Part shown: piece after piece, positions 46,701-57,225 of the stretch
Position numbering within the stretch: the stretch's first letter is position 1
Layout of the letters: the number at the start of each line of letters is the position of its first letter
Source of the DNA: Symploca sp. SIO1C2
GTDB lineage: Bacteria > Cyanobacteriota > Cyanobacteriia > Cyanobacteriales > Coleofasciculaceae
NCBI GenBank assembly: GCA_010672925.1
Contig: JAAHFP010000026.1
Coordinates: forward strand, 1 to 64,000
Reading direction: 5' to 3'
DNA length: 64,000 nt
Translations under genes and position numbers: made by a program
The notes under the pieces: model-generated
What the model saw: the letters and a program-made list of their open reading frames with translations, nothing else
What the model was told of the DNA's origin: nothing
Databases searched by the model: none

Positions 46701-48982
46701 TGATCTTGCCAAATATGTACTACTGCTGCAACTGCTTGGCTACGAATCTCGCGAACTAAATTTGCTTCCTTGTCAAATGGTGGGTAATAATAATTGAGGT
46801 CATATTTAGTTAAACCTTCAAGCTCCTCAAAGAGTTTATTTGCCGTTATCGCAATTCCCGATAAATTTCTCATTTCGGCAAGACAGTCAGCCGCCAGAAA
46901 TACGTTCATAAATCTGTCAGCTTCACCATCTTGGCTAATCAGATATTCGATAACTTGAGCAGTAAATCGAGGATCAATCATCCCGGCAATCAACCGTAGC
47001 ACTTCATGCCAAGACTCATCCTGCCAATGCTTGCCAAAAACCTCAGTTTTAAGTTCCTCAGTTGACAAGGTTTGCGTCTGTTGAAACTGCCAGACAAATT
47101 CCCAAGCACAGAAGTATTCCAAAAATGTCCGATGGACAAAGCCATAGGAATCAGCCCCCAGGAAGCATAAGATAAAATTGCGACCCCGCAGTTGTTCAAT
47201 CAGCAACCGAGCAACTTTTCTGGCATTACTGACTTCGATAGTTTTCAAATAGTCACTCAGAATCTTCTCTAAATCATCTGCCTGAATCAGATTACCCGCC
47301 AAACCCTTGTCTGCTGACTGCATAAAATGAGCAATCTGACGCAGCATCGCTTGCTTATCTTTATAATCAATAGTGACTGGATCAACTCTGGGGTCTTCCA
47401 ATAATTTTCGTTCCACATCCCACTGATGCAGCAATACTCGCGAGGCTTGGTTATATAATTCCGGTCTATCCCTGGGTAATTCTTGATTACGATTAAGGAT
47501 CGCCATCATTGTCAGCAGTAGAGGATTGCCTGCTAATTCCGCGATCGCTTTTGAAGTATTGATTGACTGTTGCAAACGTTCTCGCTTTCTCAGTTTATCT
47601 GCTTCATCGGTAAAAGTTAACTCATGCCAGCGATAGATAAAATCCTTTATTTGCCTTGAGTCCAAATCTTGCAGCAGGAAGTGACGAAATTCGGCATCTC
47701 GTAGCCGTTGATGCTTGTAGCCAATAATCCGGGAAGTGACAATTACCCGCACTTGGGGATAATCATTAGTAAAGCGATGGATATCCGTAATTACCTGCTC
47801 CCGTTGCGTAGCCTCGAATACCTCATCTAAACCATCGAACATCACCAAAACCTTACCAGTTTGCAGCTTTTCCTGGAGTTGATGCTGATTGAGGCGACAG
47901 ATAACGTTACCCTTGTGGAAGAATTCTAACAGATCCTTACATTCCCCAGAATTGCGATCGCGATTATAAGTCCGCAGTTCAATTAATAAAGGAATCGGTA
48001 GTTCAATGGCATTATTCAGAGGACTCCTTGCCCAGTTTAGAGCCAAGTATTGCAGGAAAATAGACTTGCCAGAACCCGGTTCCCCTAAAATTACCAGATA
48101 CCGCAGCTTGTCATCTTCCCAGATTTGACTAACCAGATCCAAAATTGAGCTTACTGGCTGTTGATAATAAACTTGCCGGTGTCGTGCCAAGGCTTCTGGT
48201 GCAACTTCTACTGCCAGTTGATTACTCTCCCGCAATCTTCGTTGATGTTCCTTGGGTATTTCGTAAACTTGGGGTAAGAATTCCTGGCATTCTCGCACGT
48301 TTTGGGCAACAAATACTTGCCAGACCTTGAGTTTTTCCCGATAATCGTAGACACTGGTATCCAGACTATCTAAATTTAGATTAGCGTAACGCTCCTGTAG
48401 TCCTTCTTGATAAGCCTTGAGGTTAAAGTCGGGAATAATTCCAGCAGCTTCTTGAGTATTCTGCGCGATCGCTTCCTGAATCTCTAACTCCAGAATACTC
48501 CTCAATTCCGGTGATTGCTTAATTATTCGCTTGACTTCCTTGAGATATTCCTTCGCCACCCCATTCCAGTCAAATTCCGTCGGCATCCCTTGCAGATGCT
48601 GCTGCCGCCAAATTCTCCCTAACTGCTTACCATCTAGAGTACGGCAATCTCTAACAAAAGCTTGACCTAACAGTGGTTTAACATCCTGATGCTTGATAAA
48701 CTTGCCCATTGGTATTTGGTAGTTGTCTCGAATCTCAGCACCAGAGAGATTACACTCAAATTCTAATTCATCTTCTACTATCTTCAAAAATTGCTGTAAA
48801 GCTTCACCTACTGACTTTTTCAGTACCCCTGCCTTAGCTGACTCTACTCCTCCTTTGATACAGTCCTTGAAGAAGTCTTTGACGTAATCTTCTAATGCTC
48901 CCTTACCTAATTCCAGCAGAATATCCTTAAATAACAAATCCTTTAACAGAGAAACTCCCAAAGCTGTCCAAGGTTCTACCAT
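46058..48982 (-). CDS. NACHT-family NTPase with C-terminal HEAT (PBS-lyase-like) repeats. NLR-like STAND protein, probably pseudogenised by a premature stop
   Basis: Walker A ILGEPGSGKSIFLQYLA. Walker B VLVMFDGLDEV. The rest of the NACHT core is present and is followed by the repeat array. Confidence 0.7.
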   Translation of the reverse strand: MVEPWTALGVSLLKDLLFKDILLELGKGALEDYVKDFFKDCIKGGVESAKAGVLKKSVGEALQQFLKIVEDELEFECNLSGAEIRDNYQIPMGKFIKHQDVKPLLGQAFVRDCRTLDGKQLGRIWRQQHLQGMPTEFDWNGVAKEYLKEVKRIIKQSPELRSILELEIQEAIAQNTQEAAGIIPDFNLKAYQEGLQERYANLNLDSLDTSVYDYREKLKVWQVFVAQNVRECQEFLPQVYEIPKEHQRRLRESNQLAVEVAPEALARHRQVYYQQPVSSILDLVSQIWEDDKLRYLVILGEPGSGKSIFLQYLALNWARSPLNNAIELPIPLLIELRTYNRDRNSGECKDLLEFFHKGNVICRLNQHQLQEKLQTGKVLVMFDGLDEVFEATQREQVITDIHRFTNDYPQVRVIVTSRIIGYKHQRLRDAEFRHFLLQDLDSRQIKDFIYRWHELTFTDEADKLRKRERLQQSINTSKAIAELAGNPLLLTMMAILNRNQELPRDRPELYNQASRVLLHQWDVERKLLEDPRVDPVTIDYKDKQAMLRQIAHFMQSADKGLAGNLIQADDLEKILSDYLKTIEVSNARKVARLLIEQLRGRNFILCFLGADSYGFVHRTFLEYFCAWEFVWQFQQTQTLSTEELKTEVFGKHWQDESWHEVLRLIAGMIDPRFTAQVIEYLISQDGEADRFMNVFLAADCLAEMRNLSGIAITANKLFEELEGLTKYDLNYYYPPFDKEANLVREIRSQAVAAVVHIWQDHPETLPLLKQWAHSGKNEDLRGAAVLVITNSWKDEPDILLWLKQQVQSNDSCFVRYVVAQEIARLWKDELDTLPWLKQQAQSDSSWLVRQTAVLVMTNSWKDDSDTLPWLKQQAQSDSSWLVQQTVVQEIASLWKDDPDILLWLKQQAQSDYNWSVRQAAVQEIARRWKDEPDILPWLKQLAQSDDSWLMRQTAVQEIARRWKDELDTLPWLKQ

Positions 48983-49115
48983 GTGCTATTCCTCAAGGAA
49001 GATCTATATAGTAAATTGTGGAACTGGCAGGATGCCAGTTATCCTAGCAAATTGACCCTTATAGCACGATCACACCAATGGATAATTGATAATTAATTAA
49101 TGAAGACTCAAGGTA

Positions 49116-49358
49116 TCAACCTCGACGCGCAGCAAGTTCTTGTGCTACTTCATCTTTGTTGAGAAGTTGCAATCCAGTAGCAATTGCTCTTTGCCGAATT
49201 GCCCATAATTTTTTGGCTAGAACTGTTTGTGGAACAAAATCATGTTCTGAGGGTGTTTGTGGCTCTGACTTAAGTAATTCAACAAACTCAAAGACTTTTT
49301 GTTGCGTCTCTGGTGTAAGTTTGCGCCACTGTTCAAGTAATTGTTCTTCTTTGCCCAT
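49116..49358 (-). CDS. Small hypothetical protein (80 aa), antitoxin-like helical
   Basis: Clean ORF MGKEEQLLEQWRKLTPETQQKVFEFVELLK.... No partner gene. Confidence 0.35.
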   Translation of the reverse strand: MGKEEQLLEQWRKLTPETQQKVFEFVELLKSEPQTPSEHDFVPQTVLAKKLWAIRQRAIATGLQLLNKDEVAQELAARRG

Positions 49359-49737
49359 CAGTACCTTATGTATGGATCAGCAATCTTAGCAATTACACCT
49401 AATTATAGACTAATTGATGCATATTCCGTTGGGTTTTACTTATCCTTCGGAGACGCTACACGAACGTTACACCCAACCTACCGTGATGTATCTACAGGCG
49501 CATACTTTTTCCATTATTAAATAAATATAGCAAAAAATAAGAGCGATCTCAACCCAAGACAAATAACAAACAACAAATTGATAACTCTATTTGGTTTAGC
49601 GTATCTTACCTATATCTCTGATATTATGTTTAAAATTTTTTGTAGTGAGCAAAAAATTTGCTCTGTGTCTGGTGTGTCTGATGGGCTTGAATTTTGCTAA
49701 AATTAGAGTTACACGAACCTTACTCGGTAATTGCCAA

Positions 49738-50382
49738 ATGACATTACCCACAATTACTGAAGAGACAATTTCCCTGGCAGCGGGGGATGAACTTATTCTG
49801 CGGATGAGAAATTGGCAGGATTATGAAGCATTCCTAGCTCGTCGAAAGGATAAAGCTGGACTGAGAGTTCGCTACGACAGCAAAACCCAAACTATTAGAA
49901 TTATGTCACCATTGCCCAAACACGGCAATCAAGCTGACCTCTTAGCGGATTTAGTGAAAGTTCTACTGCGGTATCAAGAAAAAGACTGGCAAGCTTTTAC
50001 TCCAATAACTCTCAAACGAATTAATCAACAGGGAGTAGAACCAGATTACTGCTTTTACATGGACAATCGCGAACGCATTTTAGGAAAGGAACGGATCGAT
50101 TTAGAAATTGATCCGCCTCCAGATTTAGCGATAGAAGTTGACTTAACTTGTGTTAGTAAACCGGAAGATTATCAAGCAATCGCACCTTCGGAACTCTGGA
50201 TCTATCGTCAATCTCGATTGTTAATTTATCAGTTTGAGTTACAACAGTTTCGAGAATCTAAAACCAGTCGCTGGTTTCCCAATTACGATCTGAAAACCTT
50301 AATTCCTAAATACTGCGCTCGCGGTTGGCAAGTTGGTTCTAGTGTGGCACTACGCGAATTTGAAGCTGCGCTCCGCCTCTAA
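49738..50382 (+). CDS. Uma2-family (DUF820) PD-(D/E)xK endonuclease, second copy
   Basis: LILRMRNWQDYEAF..., PDLAIEVDLT (D-x-E-x-D), ELWIY. The start was set at the internal ATG (MTLPTITEE). Confidence 0.75.
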   Translation: MTLPTITEETISLAAGDELILRMRNWQDYEAFLARRKDKAGLRVRYDSKTQTIRIMSPLPKHGNQADLLADLVKVLLRYQEKDWQAFTPITLKRINQQGVEPDYCFYMDNRERILGKERIDLEIDPPPDLAIEVDLTCVSKPEDYQAIAPSELWIYRQSRLLIYQFELQQFRESKTSRWFPNYDLKTLIPKYCARGWQVGSSVALREFEAALRL

Positions 50383-50465
50383 TGCTGATACTGCATGGAT
50401 TGTTTACGATATGTTAAGATATAGCGTACTTATAGCCCAAATCAGCGTTTCAGATATCACTATCA

Positions 50466-53400
50466 ATGAATAGCTCCTTCCTCTCTCACCTCCATAGTCC
50501 TCAGCGCCCGGTTATTGTCTTCGATGGGGCCATGGGAACCTCCCTACAAACCCAAAACCTCACCGCAGAAGACTTTGGTGGGCCAGAATACGAAGGATGT
50601 AATGAATATCTGGTACATACCAAACCAGAAGCAGTGGCACAGGTGCATCGAGAATTCCTGGAAGCGGGAGCCGATGTAATTGAAACTGATACTTTTGGTA
50701 GTAGCTCTACCGTTCTAGCGGAATATAACTTAGCAGACCAAGCTTATTATTTAACTAAGAAAGCAGCTGAATTAGCTAAGAGTGTAGCAGCAGAATACTC
50801 GACTCCAGAAAAACCTAGATTTGTTGCTGGTTCTATGGGTCCTACTACTAAGTTACCAACCCTGGGACATATTGATTTCGACACGATGGCAGCATCTTTT
50901 GCCGAACAAGCAGAAGGTTTGTATGACGGGGGAGTTGATTTATTTATTGTAGAAACTTGTCAGGATGTGTTGCAAATTAAAGCGGCACTTAATGGTATAG
51001 AAGAGGTATTTCAGCGGAAAGGGGAACGTCTGCCGCTGATGGTTTCTATCACGATGGAAGTGATGGGTACAATGTTGGTGGGTTCGGAAATCAGTGCCGC
51101 CCTAACGATTTTGGAACGCTACCCCATTGATATTATGGGTCTCAATTGTGCCACAGGGCCAGACCGGATGCAGGAGCATATCAAGTATCTGTCGGAGTAT
51201 TCCCCCTTTGTGGTTTCTTGTATTCCGAATGCGGGACTGCCGGAAAATATTGGCGGACATGCTCACTACAAGCTTACTCCGATGGAGCTGCGGATGGCGC
51301 TGATACATTTTATCGAAGATTTAGGTGTGCAGGTCATTGGCGGCTGTTGCGGTACTCGCCCGGATCATATTCAACAGTTAGCAGAAATTGCCAAGACTCT
51401 CAAGCCGAAGGAACGTCATCCTAAATATGAACCTTCCGCTGCTTCTATATACAGTACCCAAACCTACGAACAAGATAACTCTTTCTTAATTGTCGGTGAA
51501 CGACTCAATGCTAGTGGTTCTAAAAAATGCCGCAACCTACTCAATGAAGAAGATTGGGATGGCTTGGTTTCTTTGGCCAAATCCCAAGTTAAGGAAGGCG
51601 CTCATATTTTAGATGTGAACGTGGATTATGTGGGGCGTGACGGTGTACGGGATATGAATGAATTGGCGTCCCGTTTGGTAACTAATGTTACCTTACCCCT
51701 GATGCTGGACTCCACGGAATGGGAAAAAATGGAGGCTGGTTTAAAAGTGGTTGGGGGTAAGTGCCTGCTCAATTCCACCAACTATGAAGATGGAGAGCCT
51801 CGTTTCCTCAAGGTACTAGAGTTGGCGAAAAAGTACGGTGCGGGAGTCGTAATTGGTACCATTGATGAAGATGGTATGGCGAGAACCGCAGATAAGAAAT
51901 TTGCGATCGCTAAACGTGCCTATGATCAAGCAGTAGAATATGGTATTCCTCCCCACGAGATCTTTTTTGATACCCTAGCCCTACCAATTTCTACTGGTAT
52001 TGAAGAAGATAGAGCTAATGGTCAGGCAACAATTGAATCAATTAAACGCATCCGAGAAGAGTTACCAGGCTGTCATGTTATTCTAGGGGTTTCTAATATT
52101 TCCTTTGGACTCAATCCCGCCGCTAGGATGGTACTCAACTCCATGTTCCTCCACGAAGCAATGCAGGTAGGGATGGATTCCGCCATTGTCAGTGCGAGTA
52201 AGATTCTGCCTTTAGCCAAAATTGAGCCAGAACATCAGGAACTCTGTCGAAAACTAATTTATGACCAACGGGAATTTGAGGGAGATGTCTGTACCTTTGA
52301 CCCCCTAGGTGAGCTTACCACTGTATTTGCGGGCAAAACCACCAAACGCGATCGCTCGGAAGATGAAAATCTACCTGTGGAAGAACGCCTCAAGCGTCAT
52401 ATTATTGATGGAGAAAGGATTGGTTTGGAAGAGCAGCTAGACAAGGCTCTGCAAAATTATCCCCCCCTCGATATTATTAATGTCTTCCTCTTAGATGGTA
52501 TGAAAGTCGTCGGGGAACTATTTGGTTCAGGGCAAATGCAACTACCTTTTGTACTGCAATCTGCTCAAACCATGAAAGCCGCTGTAGCTCATCTCGAACC
52601 ATTTATGGAGACAGATGGGGCTAGTAATAGTGCCAAGGGAACGGTGGTAATTGCTACGGTGAAAGGAGATGTTCACGATATCGGGAAAAACTTAGTAGAT
52701 ATCATCCTTTCTAATAATGGCTACAAAGTAGTCAACTTGGGCATCAAGCAGCCAGTGGAGAATATTATTGATGCCTATGAAGAACACCAAGCTGATTGCA
52801 TCGCCATGAGTGGGCTACTGGTGAAGTCCACTGCCTTTATGAAGGATAATCTAGAGACTTTCAACCAACGCAATATCACCGTACCAGTGATTTTAGGCGG
52901 TGCGGCCCTAACACCAAAATTTGTCCACGGAGATTGCCAGGATACTTACAATGGTCAGGTAGTTTACGGTAAGGATGCTTTTTCTGACCTCCATTTTATG
53001 GATAAATTGATGCCTGCCAAAGCTGCGGACGATTGGGATGATGCGCAGGGATTTTTGTCTGAAAATGGTAATGGTAATGGTAATGGACACAAATCAAATC
53101 AGCAGGAAGCAGGAGATGCGGAATCCAAGGAGGAAGTATCGGCATCATCCAAGGAAGACACCCCCAAGGTAGTAGATACTCGCCGTTCCGAAGCAGTAAC
53201 TTTAGACTTGGAACGTCCTACCCCACCATTCTGGGGAACTAAGATACTGCAACCAGAGGATATCCCCCTCGAAGAGTTATTCTGGTATCTGGATTTGCAA
53301 GCGACGATTGCCGGACAATGGCAGTTTCGTAAGCCAAAGGAGCAACCACGGGAAGAATACGACCAGTTTTTAGCAGATAAAGTTTACCCGATTCTGGAAG

Positions 53401-54023
53401 AATGGAAGCAACGGATCGTTGAAGAGAAGTTGTTGCAGCCTCAGGTAGTTTACGGCTATTTCCCCTGTCAGGCGGAAGGTAATTCCTTGTATATCTATGA
53501 GCCAGCAGCTTACCCTGAAGCCAAACCTGTCAGCAGTTTCGAGTTTCCCAGGCAAAAATCTGGACGCCGTCTGTGTATTGCCGACTTCTACGCGACCAAA
53601 GAGTCAGGCATTATCGATGTCTTCCCGATGCAAGCGGTAACCGTAGGAGAGGTTGCCACAGAATACGCCAAAAAGCTCTTTGATTCTGACGAATACACCA
53701 ATTATCTTTACTATCACGGCTTAGCAGTACAAATGGCAGAAGCTTTGGCAGAATGGACTCATGCCAGGATTCGTCGGGAGCTAGGATTTGCCAGTGAGGA
53801 ACCGGATAATATTCGGGATGTATTAGCGCAGCGTTATCAAGGTTCACGATATAGCTTCGGTTATCCTGCTTGTCCGAATATGCAAGACCAGTATAAACAG
53901 TTGGATTTATTAGGATGCGATCGCATTAACCTCTATATGGATGAGAGTGAGCAACTCTATCCGGAACAGTCTACCACTGCGATCATCACTTATCACCCAA
54001 TAGCTAGGTACTTCAGCGCTTAG
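50466..54023 (+). CDS. metH: Cobalamin-dependent methionine synthase
   Basis: 1185 aa covering all modules: the Hcy S-methyltransferase N-terminus (VFDGAMGT), the pterin-binding module, the B12-binding DxHxxG motif (GDVHDIGKN), and the AdoMet reactivation domain. Confidence 0.95.
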   Translation: MNSSFLSHLHSPQRPVIVFDGAMGTSLQTQNLTAEDFGGPEYEGCNEYLVHTKPEAVAQVHREFLEAGADVIETDTFGSSSTVLAEYNLADQAYYLTKKAAELAKSVAAEYSTPEKPRFVAGSMGPTTKLPTLGHIDFDTMAASFAEQAEGLYDGGVDLFIVETCQDVLQIKAALNGIEEVFQRKGERLPLMVSITMEVMGTMLVGSEISAALTILERYPIDIMGLNCATGPDRMQEHIKYLSEYSPFVVSCIPNAGLPENIGGHAHYKLTPMELRMALIHFIEDLGVQVIGGCCGTRPDHIQQLAEIAKTLKPKERHPKYEPSAASIYSTQTYEQDNSFLIVGERLNASGSKKCRNLLNEEDWDGLVSLAKSQVKEGAHILDVNVDYVGRDGVRDMNELASRLVTNVTLPLMLDSTEWEKMEAGLKVVGGKCLLNSTNYEDGEPRFLKVLELAKKYGAGVVIGTIDEDGMARTADKKFAIAKRAYDQAVEYGIPPHEIFFDTLALPISTGIEEDRANGQATIESIKRIREELPGCHVILGVSNISFGLNPAARMVLNSMFLHEAMQVGMDSAIVSASKILPLAKIEPEHQELCRKLIYDQREFEGDVCTFDPLGELTTVFAGKTTKRDRSEDENLPVEERLKRHIIDGERIGLEEQLDKALQNYPPLDIINVFLLDGMKVVGELFGSGQMQLPFVLQSAQTMKAAVAHLEPFMETDGASNSAKGTVVIATVKGDVHDIGKNLVDIILSNNGYKVVNLGIKQPVENIIDAYEEHQADCIAMSGLLVKSTAFMKDNLETFNQRNITVPVILGGAALTPKFVHGDCQDTYNGQVVYGKDAFSDLHFMDKLMPAKAADDWDDAQGFLSENGNGNGNGHKSNQQEAGDAESKEEVSASSKEDTPKVVDTRRSEAVTLDLERPTPPFWGTKILQPEDIPLEELFWYLDLQATIAGQWQFRKPKEQPREEYDQFLADKVYPILEEWKQRIVEEKLLQPQVVYGYFPCQAEGNSLYIYEPAAYPEAKPVSSFEFPRQKSGRRLCIADFYATKESGIIDVFPMQAVTVGEVATEYAKKLFDSDEYTNYLYYHGLAVQMAEALAEWTHARIRRELGFASEEPDNIRDVLAQRYQGSRYSFGYPACPNMQDQYKQLDLLGCDRINLYMDESEQLYPEQSTTAIITYHPIARYFSA

Positions 54024-54065
54024 TCTACAGCTAGCGGGAGGCAAAAATCGTAAGGCAAGGTGAGG

Positions 54066-54161
54066 CAAGGGGCTTAAGCCCCTTGTTGGTCAGCAGTATC
54101 CTTTAAAAAGTCGGGGTTATTAACCAACAAGCGATTAGGACAAGGGGCTTAAGCCCCTTGT
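54066..54161. repeat. Two copies of the 20-bp perfect palindrome CAAGGGGCTTAAGCCCCTTG, 74 bp apart, downstream of metH
   Basis: gcaaggggcttaagccccttgt at ~54066 and acaaggggcttaagccccttgt at ~54140. The same palindrome is at 43057 and 43316. The flanking gcgattaggacaa is shared with the 43041 copy. Confidence 0.85.
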
Positions 54162-54194
54162 TAACTGAGAATATATTAACCGGCGACTGTCACA

Positions 54195-54632
54195 CTAAAC
54201 ATCGTAATCATTGCCAACTTTATCCATCAACCGATTCAAGATGGTACGTCCGTTGGGGTCAATCACTTTTAAACGAACTAGATTAGGATCATTAGGACGA
54301 TGGGCAATAATATATTGGTAATCTTGGTTCACAAAGCTATAAGTGTAACGTCGTCTACCCCCGGAGACGTGACAACCAGTTAAAGCCAAATTATCCCCAG
54401 TCTTCAAGTTTTCGCCAAAATAGTGAAAAGTACCATTCCTATACTCCAGACGAACACCCCACTCATTATTCTTGAAATAGCCTTCGGGATAGATAACCTG
54501 GGCAACATCAGTTAAATGATTGCTAGTATCGTTATTGAATCCTGTAGCGTGTAAACCAATAACTGAACCAGAGATAGTAGTTAAACCCAGTACGAATAGG
54601 CCAGAAATGATGGAGATGGACTTAAGTTTCAT
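54195..54632 (-). CDS. Secreted hypothetical protein (signal peptide)
   Basis: MKLKSISIISGLFVLGLTTISGSVIG signal-like N-terminus. 145 aa. Confidence 0.5.
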   Translation of the reverse strand: MKLKSISIISGLFVLGLTTISGSVIGLHATGFNNDTSNHLTDVAQVIYPEGYFKNNEWGVRLEYRNGTFHYFGENLKTGDNLALTGCHVSGGRRRYTYSFVNQDYQYIIAHRPNDPNLVRLKVIDPNGRTILNRLMDKVGNDYDV

Positions 54633-54978
54633 GGTATCTTTGTCAGTAACTAACGACTAGAGAACCTATCGCATTAGCTTTTCCTTGGGTGGTTCTCTCT
54701 TGTCTAATAATTTCTTCGGATACCAGGATGAGGACTCCGGTCTTTATTTAGTGATCTTGGTCATCAGAGAAGGTGAGATAAGGATAAGAAGCGAGTGAGA
54801 GCTATTACAGCGGAAGTAAGCTACCTAGTGCAACGGGCATGAAAATAACTCGCCAGTTAAAAAGGATGAAAAAGCTTACTACACAGGTTTTCTTACCTCC
54901 TGCCTTCTGCCTTCTGCCTTCTGTCTTCAATCACTAATTTGCCCTGGCAGATGAGTTTAACAGTAGACACCACCTACC

Positions 54979-55488
54979 ATGTCCAAAAACTCTAAGCCTC
55001 TTGGTTGCTTCGGTCAGTTTTTCCTCGGTTTGCTCCTGATGGGAGCAGGTGGTATAACTCTGCTTCTTTTTGTTAATCTAACTACTTTGGAGTGTAAGCG
55101 TCTTGAAGCTGCTACTAATCAAGGTCAATGCCAACTAACTTCCAATGGGGTCTTGGGTTCAGATGTTACCACAATTCCCATTAAATCCTTACAAGGTGCA
55201 AAGCTCAAGGGATCAAGTGGTAGAGGTACAACTTATCGGATCGAGTTATTGACAGCAGAGGGTACTGTTGCTGTAACTGGTGTTTACACTTCGGGGAGAA
55301 GGAGCAAACAGCAGCAAGTAGAACAAATCCGCAGCTTTGTCGAAGACCCGACGCAAGTAAGCTTAAATATAAAGCAGGATAGCCGTTGGATTGGTTACTT
55401 GTTTGGAGTTGCTTTTGGTGGTGTGGGAGTTCTCTTTGTGCTTTCTGCTCTCATTACTCCCTTTAAAAGATTAGGGACTTCTAAATAG
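54979..55488 (+). CDS. Hypothetical membrane protein (TM helices at both termini)
   Basis: N-terminal helix FFLGLLLMGAGGITLLLFV. C-terminal helix YLFGVAFGGVGVLFVLSALI. Confidence 0.45.
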   Translation: MSKNSKPLGCFGQFFLGLLLMGAGGITLLLFVNLTTLECKRLEAATNQGQCQLTSNGVLGSDVTTIPIKSLQGAKLKGSSGRGTTYRIELLTAEGTVAVTGVYTSGRRSKQQQVEQIRSFVEDPTQVSLNIKQDSRWIGYLFGVAFGGVGVLFVLSALITPFKRLGTSK

Positions 55489-55536
55489 GGCTTGCTTCTT
55501 TTTGGACTGAAGTCCTACTACTAAACCCTACTTAAG

Positions 55537-56943
55537 CTATCCAAACACAGCAATACCAAAAATTAAAATCAGCGCCGTAATCAACAATAGTAAACCAATA
55601 ATAATCGTAACAATCAACCAGGAAATAAACGCCCATCCTCGTTGATGGTTTTGAAAATCCTTGATGCTCTTCCAATTTCTGCTTTTCCAAGCCCATTCAT
55701 TGCCTTTAATCCCTAAAATTATGCCCACAATTGGCCAAGTTAGACCAAAAGTGAAAGGAAGGGTAATAAAACTGATATCAACCCAAGCAGTTAGTCCAAT
55801 CCAAACTTGATTGGAAAGACACCAGCAACCTGGTAACCAAAAGGCTCCCCAATTCCAACCAGTAATTTCTTGGGGAACTTTAACGGAATCATCAAAAACT
55901 TTGCCACAACCAGAATTATTCACTGGTGCAGGTTGGTATTGCCCCGATTGTGGTGTCACAGCGATAGTACCACTCATTTGCGTGGCTGAGATATCTGGCA
56001 ATTGTTGCAGAATTTCCTCAGCTGAGTGAAAACGTTCAGAAGGTTGTGAAGCAACCATGCGGGAGAGAATCTGACTCATCTGCTGGCTGAGGTAAAGTTC
56101 CTTTTGCCAAAGCCAGTCTAGGGTATAAGGATCAATTAGATCCTGGGGTTGTTTCCCTGTCATTAAAACTAAAGCAGTGACTCCCAAGGCATACAAATCA
56201 CAATGAGGGGCAGCAATACCTAACCGCAGTTGCTCTTCAGGAGCATAGCCAACTTTACCTAAGCGAGTTAGGCTACGAGAAGTAGGAGGATGTTGAGCAT
56301 GGGCAGGGGTTGGTTCGATAATTTGTCTGACACCACCCAAGTCAATCAACACCGGTGTCTGATCTCGAGCACGACAGATAATATTATCAGGAGAAATATC
56401 CCGGTGAATGACACCTACAGTATGGATATAGCTTAAAACTGGCAGCAGTTGCTGAAAAATCTGGATAATTTCTGCGACCCTAAAGGTTTGTCCAATGGCG
56501 ATTCTCTCTTCTAATAAAGACTGGTAAGTTTTGCCTTCAATGTAATCTTGGACTAAAAATAGCCTTCTTCCTTGACGAAAAAATTCCCAAAACCGGGGAA
56601 TTTGGGGTGAAGAGAGTTTGTGTAACATCACCGCTTCCCGTTGGAAGAGTTCCTCTGCTTTCTGGAGAGCAAAAGTTCCCTGATTAGTTGGCGTCAACTC
56701 CTTAAGGGTAACTAACTCATTAAAACGCCCTGTATCTTCTGCCAGGTAAGTTCTACCAAATCCTCCCTGTCCTAGTTCTCGTTTAATAATATAGCGATCG
56801 CGCAAACGGGTGCCAGAGGTTAAATAACTCGATGGGGTGCTAGTATTTGATTGGGTTAGCGGAACACCACAGCCAGAGCAAAAGCGCCCATCCGGGGGAT
56901 TGACTTTTCCACAGTTTGTACAAGTAATCATCGTTTCAGGCAA
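55537..56943 (-). CDS. Ser/Thr protein kinase with an N-terminal zinc ribbon and a C-terminal membrane domain
   Basis: CTNCGKVNPPDGRFCSGCG ribbon. Kinase motifs are ELGQGGFGRTYLA, VTLKEL with the lysine, HRDISPDNII, DLGG and APEE. C-terminal TM helices. Confidence 0.85.
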   Translation of the reverse strand: MPETMITCTNCGKVNPPDGRFCSGCGVPLTQSNTSTPSSYLTSGTRLRDRYIIKRELGQGGFGRTYLAEDTGRFNELVTLKELTPTNQGTFALQKAEELFQREAVMLHKLSSPQIPRFWEFFRQGRRLFLVQDYIEGKTYQSLLEERIAIGQTFRVAEIIQIFQQLLPVLSYIHTVGVIHRDISPDNIICRARDQTPVLIDLGGVRQIIEPTPAHAQHPPTSRSLTRLGKVGYAPEEQLRLGIAAPHCDLYALGVTALVLMTGKQPQDLIDPYTLDWLWQKELYLSQQMSQILSRMVASQPSERFHSAEEILQQLPDISATQMSGTIAVTPQSGQYQPAPVNNSGCGKVFDDSVKVPQEITGWNWGAFWLPGCWCLSNQVWIGLTAWVDISFITLPFTFGLTWPIVGIILGIKGNEWAWKSRNWKSIKDFQNHQRGWAFISWLIVTIIIGLLLLITALILIFGIAVFG

Positions 56944-57225
56944 AAGTTAACCAATGGTTCATCTCTTCCCACCACCCTCCAGTTAGTAGCCCCTGTCTTT
57001 AATTCTAACAACCATCAATCAGGCAACATAAAGATTACAGCCCTTTGCACTGTAATAAAGTACAGTAAACAAAAGTCCCCCATGGAACCAAAAGCGTTCG
57101 CAAAGCGTTCTCCGAAGGAGTAGCATCTTCTGGCTTCCCCCTTTCAAAGGGGGATTGAGGGGGATCAACAATGTGCTGCATCGCAGAGCAAATTGCTGTA
57201 TCCATCAACCATCAACCCTGTAGGA

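Noticed and set aside
45963-46703. Plus-strand ORFs 45963..46250 and 46269..46703 (Ser/Cys-rich repetitive proteins)
   Set aside because: Antisense of the HEAT-repeat array of the NACHT gene. The repetitive translation is a by-product of the DNA repeats.
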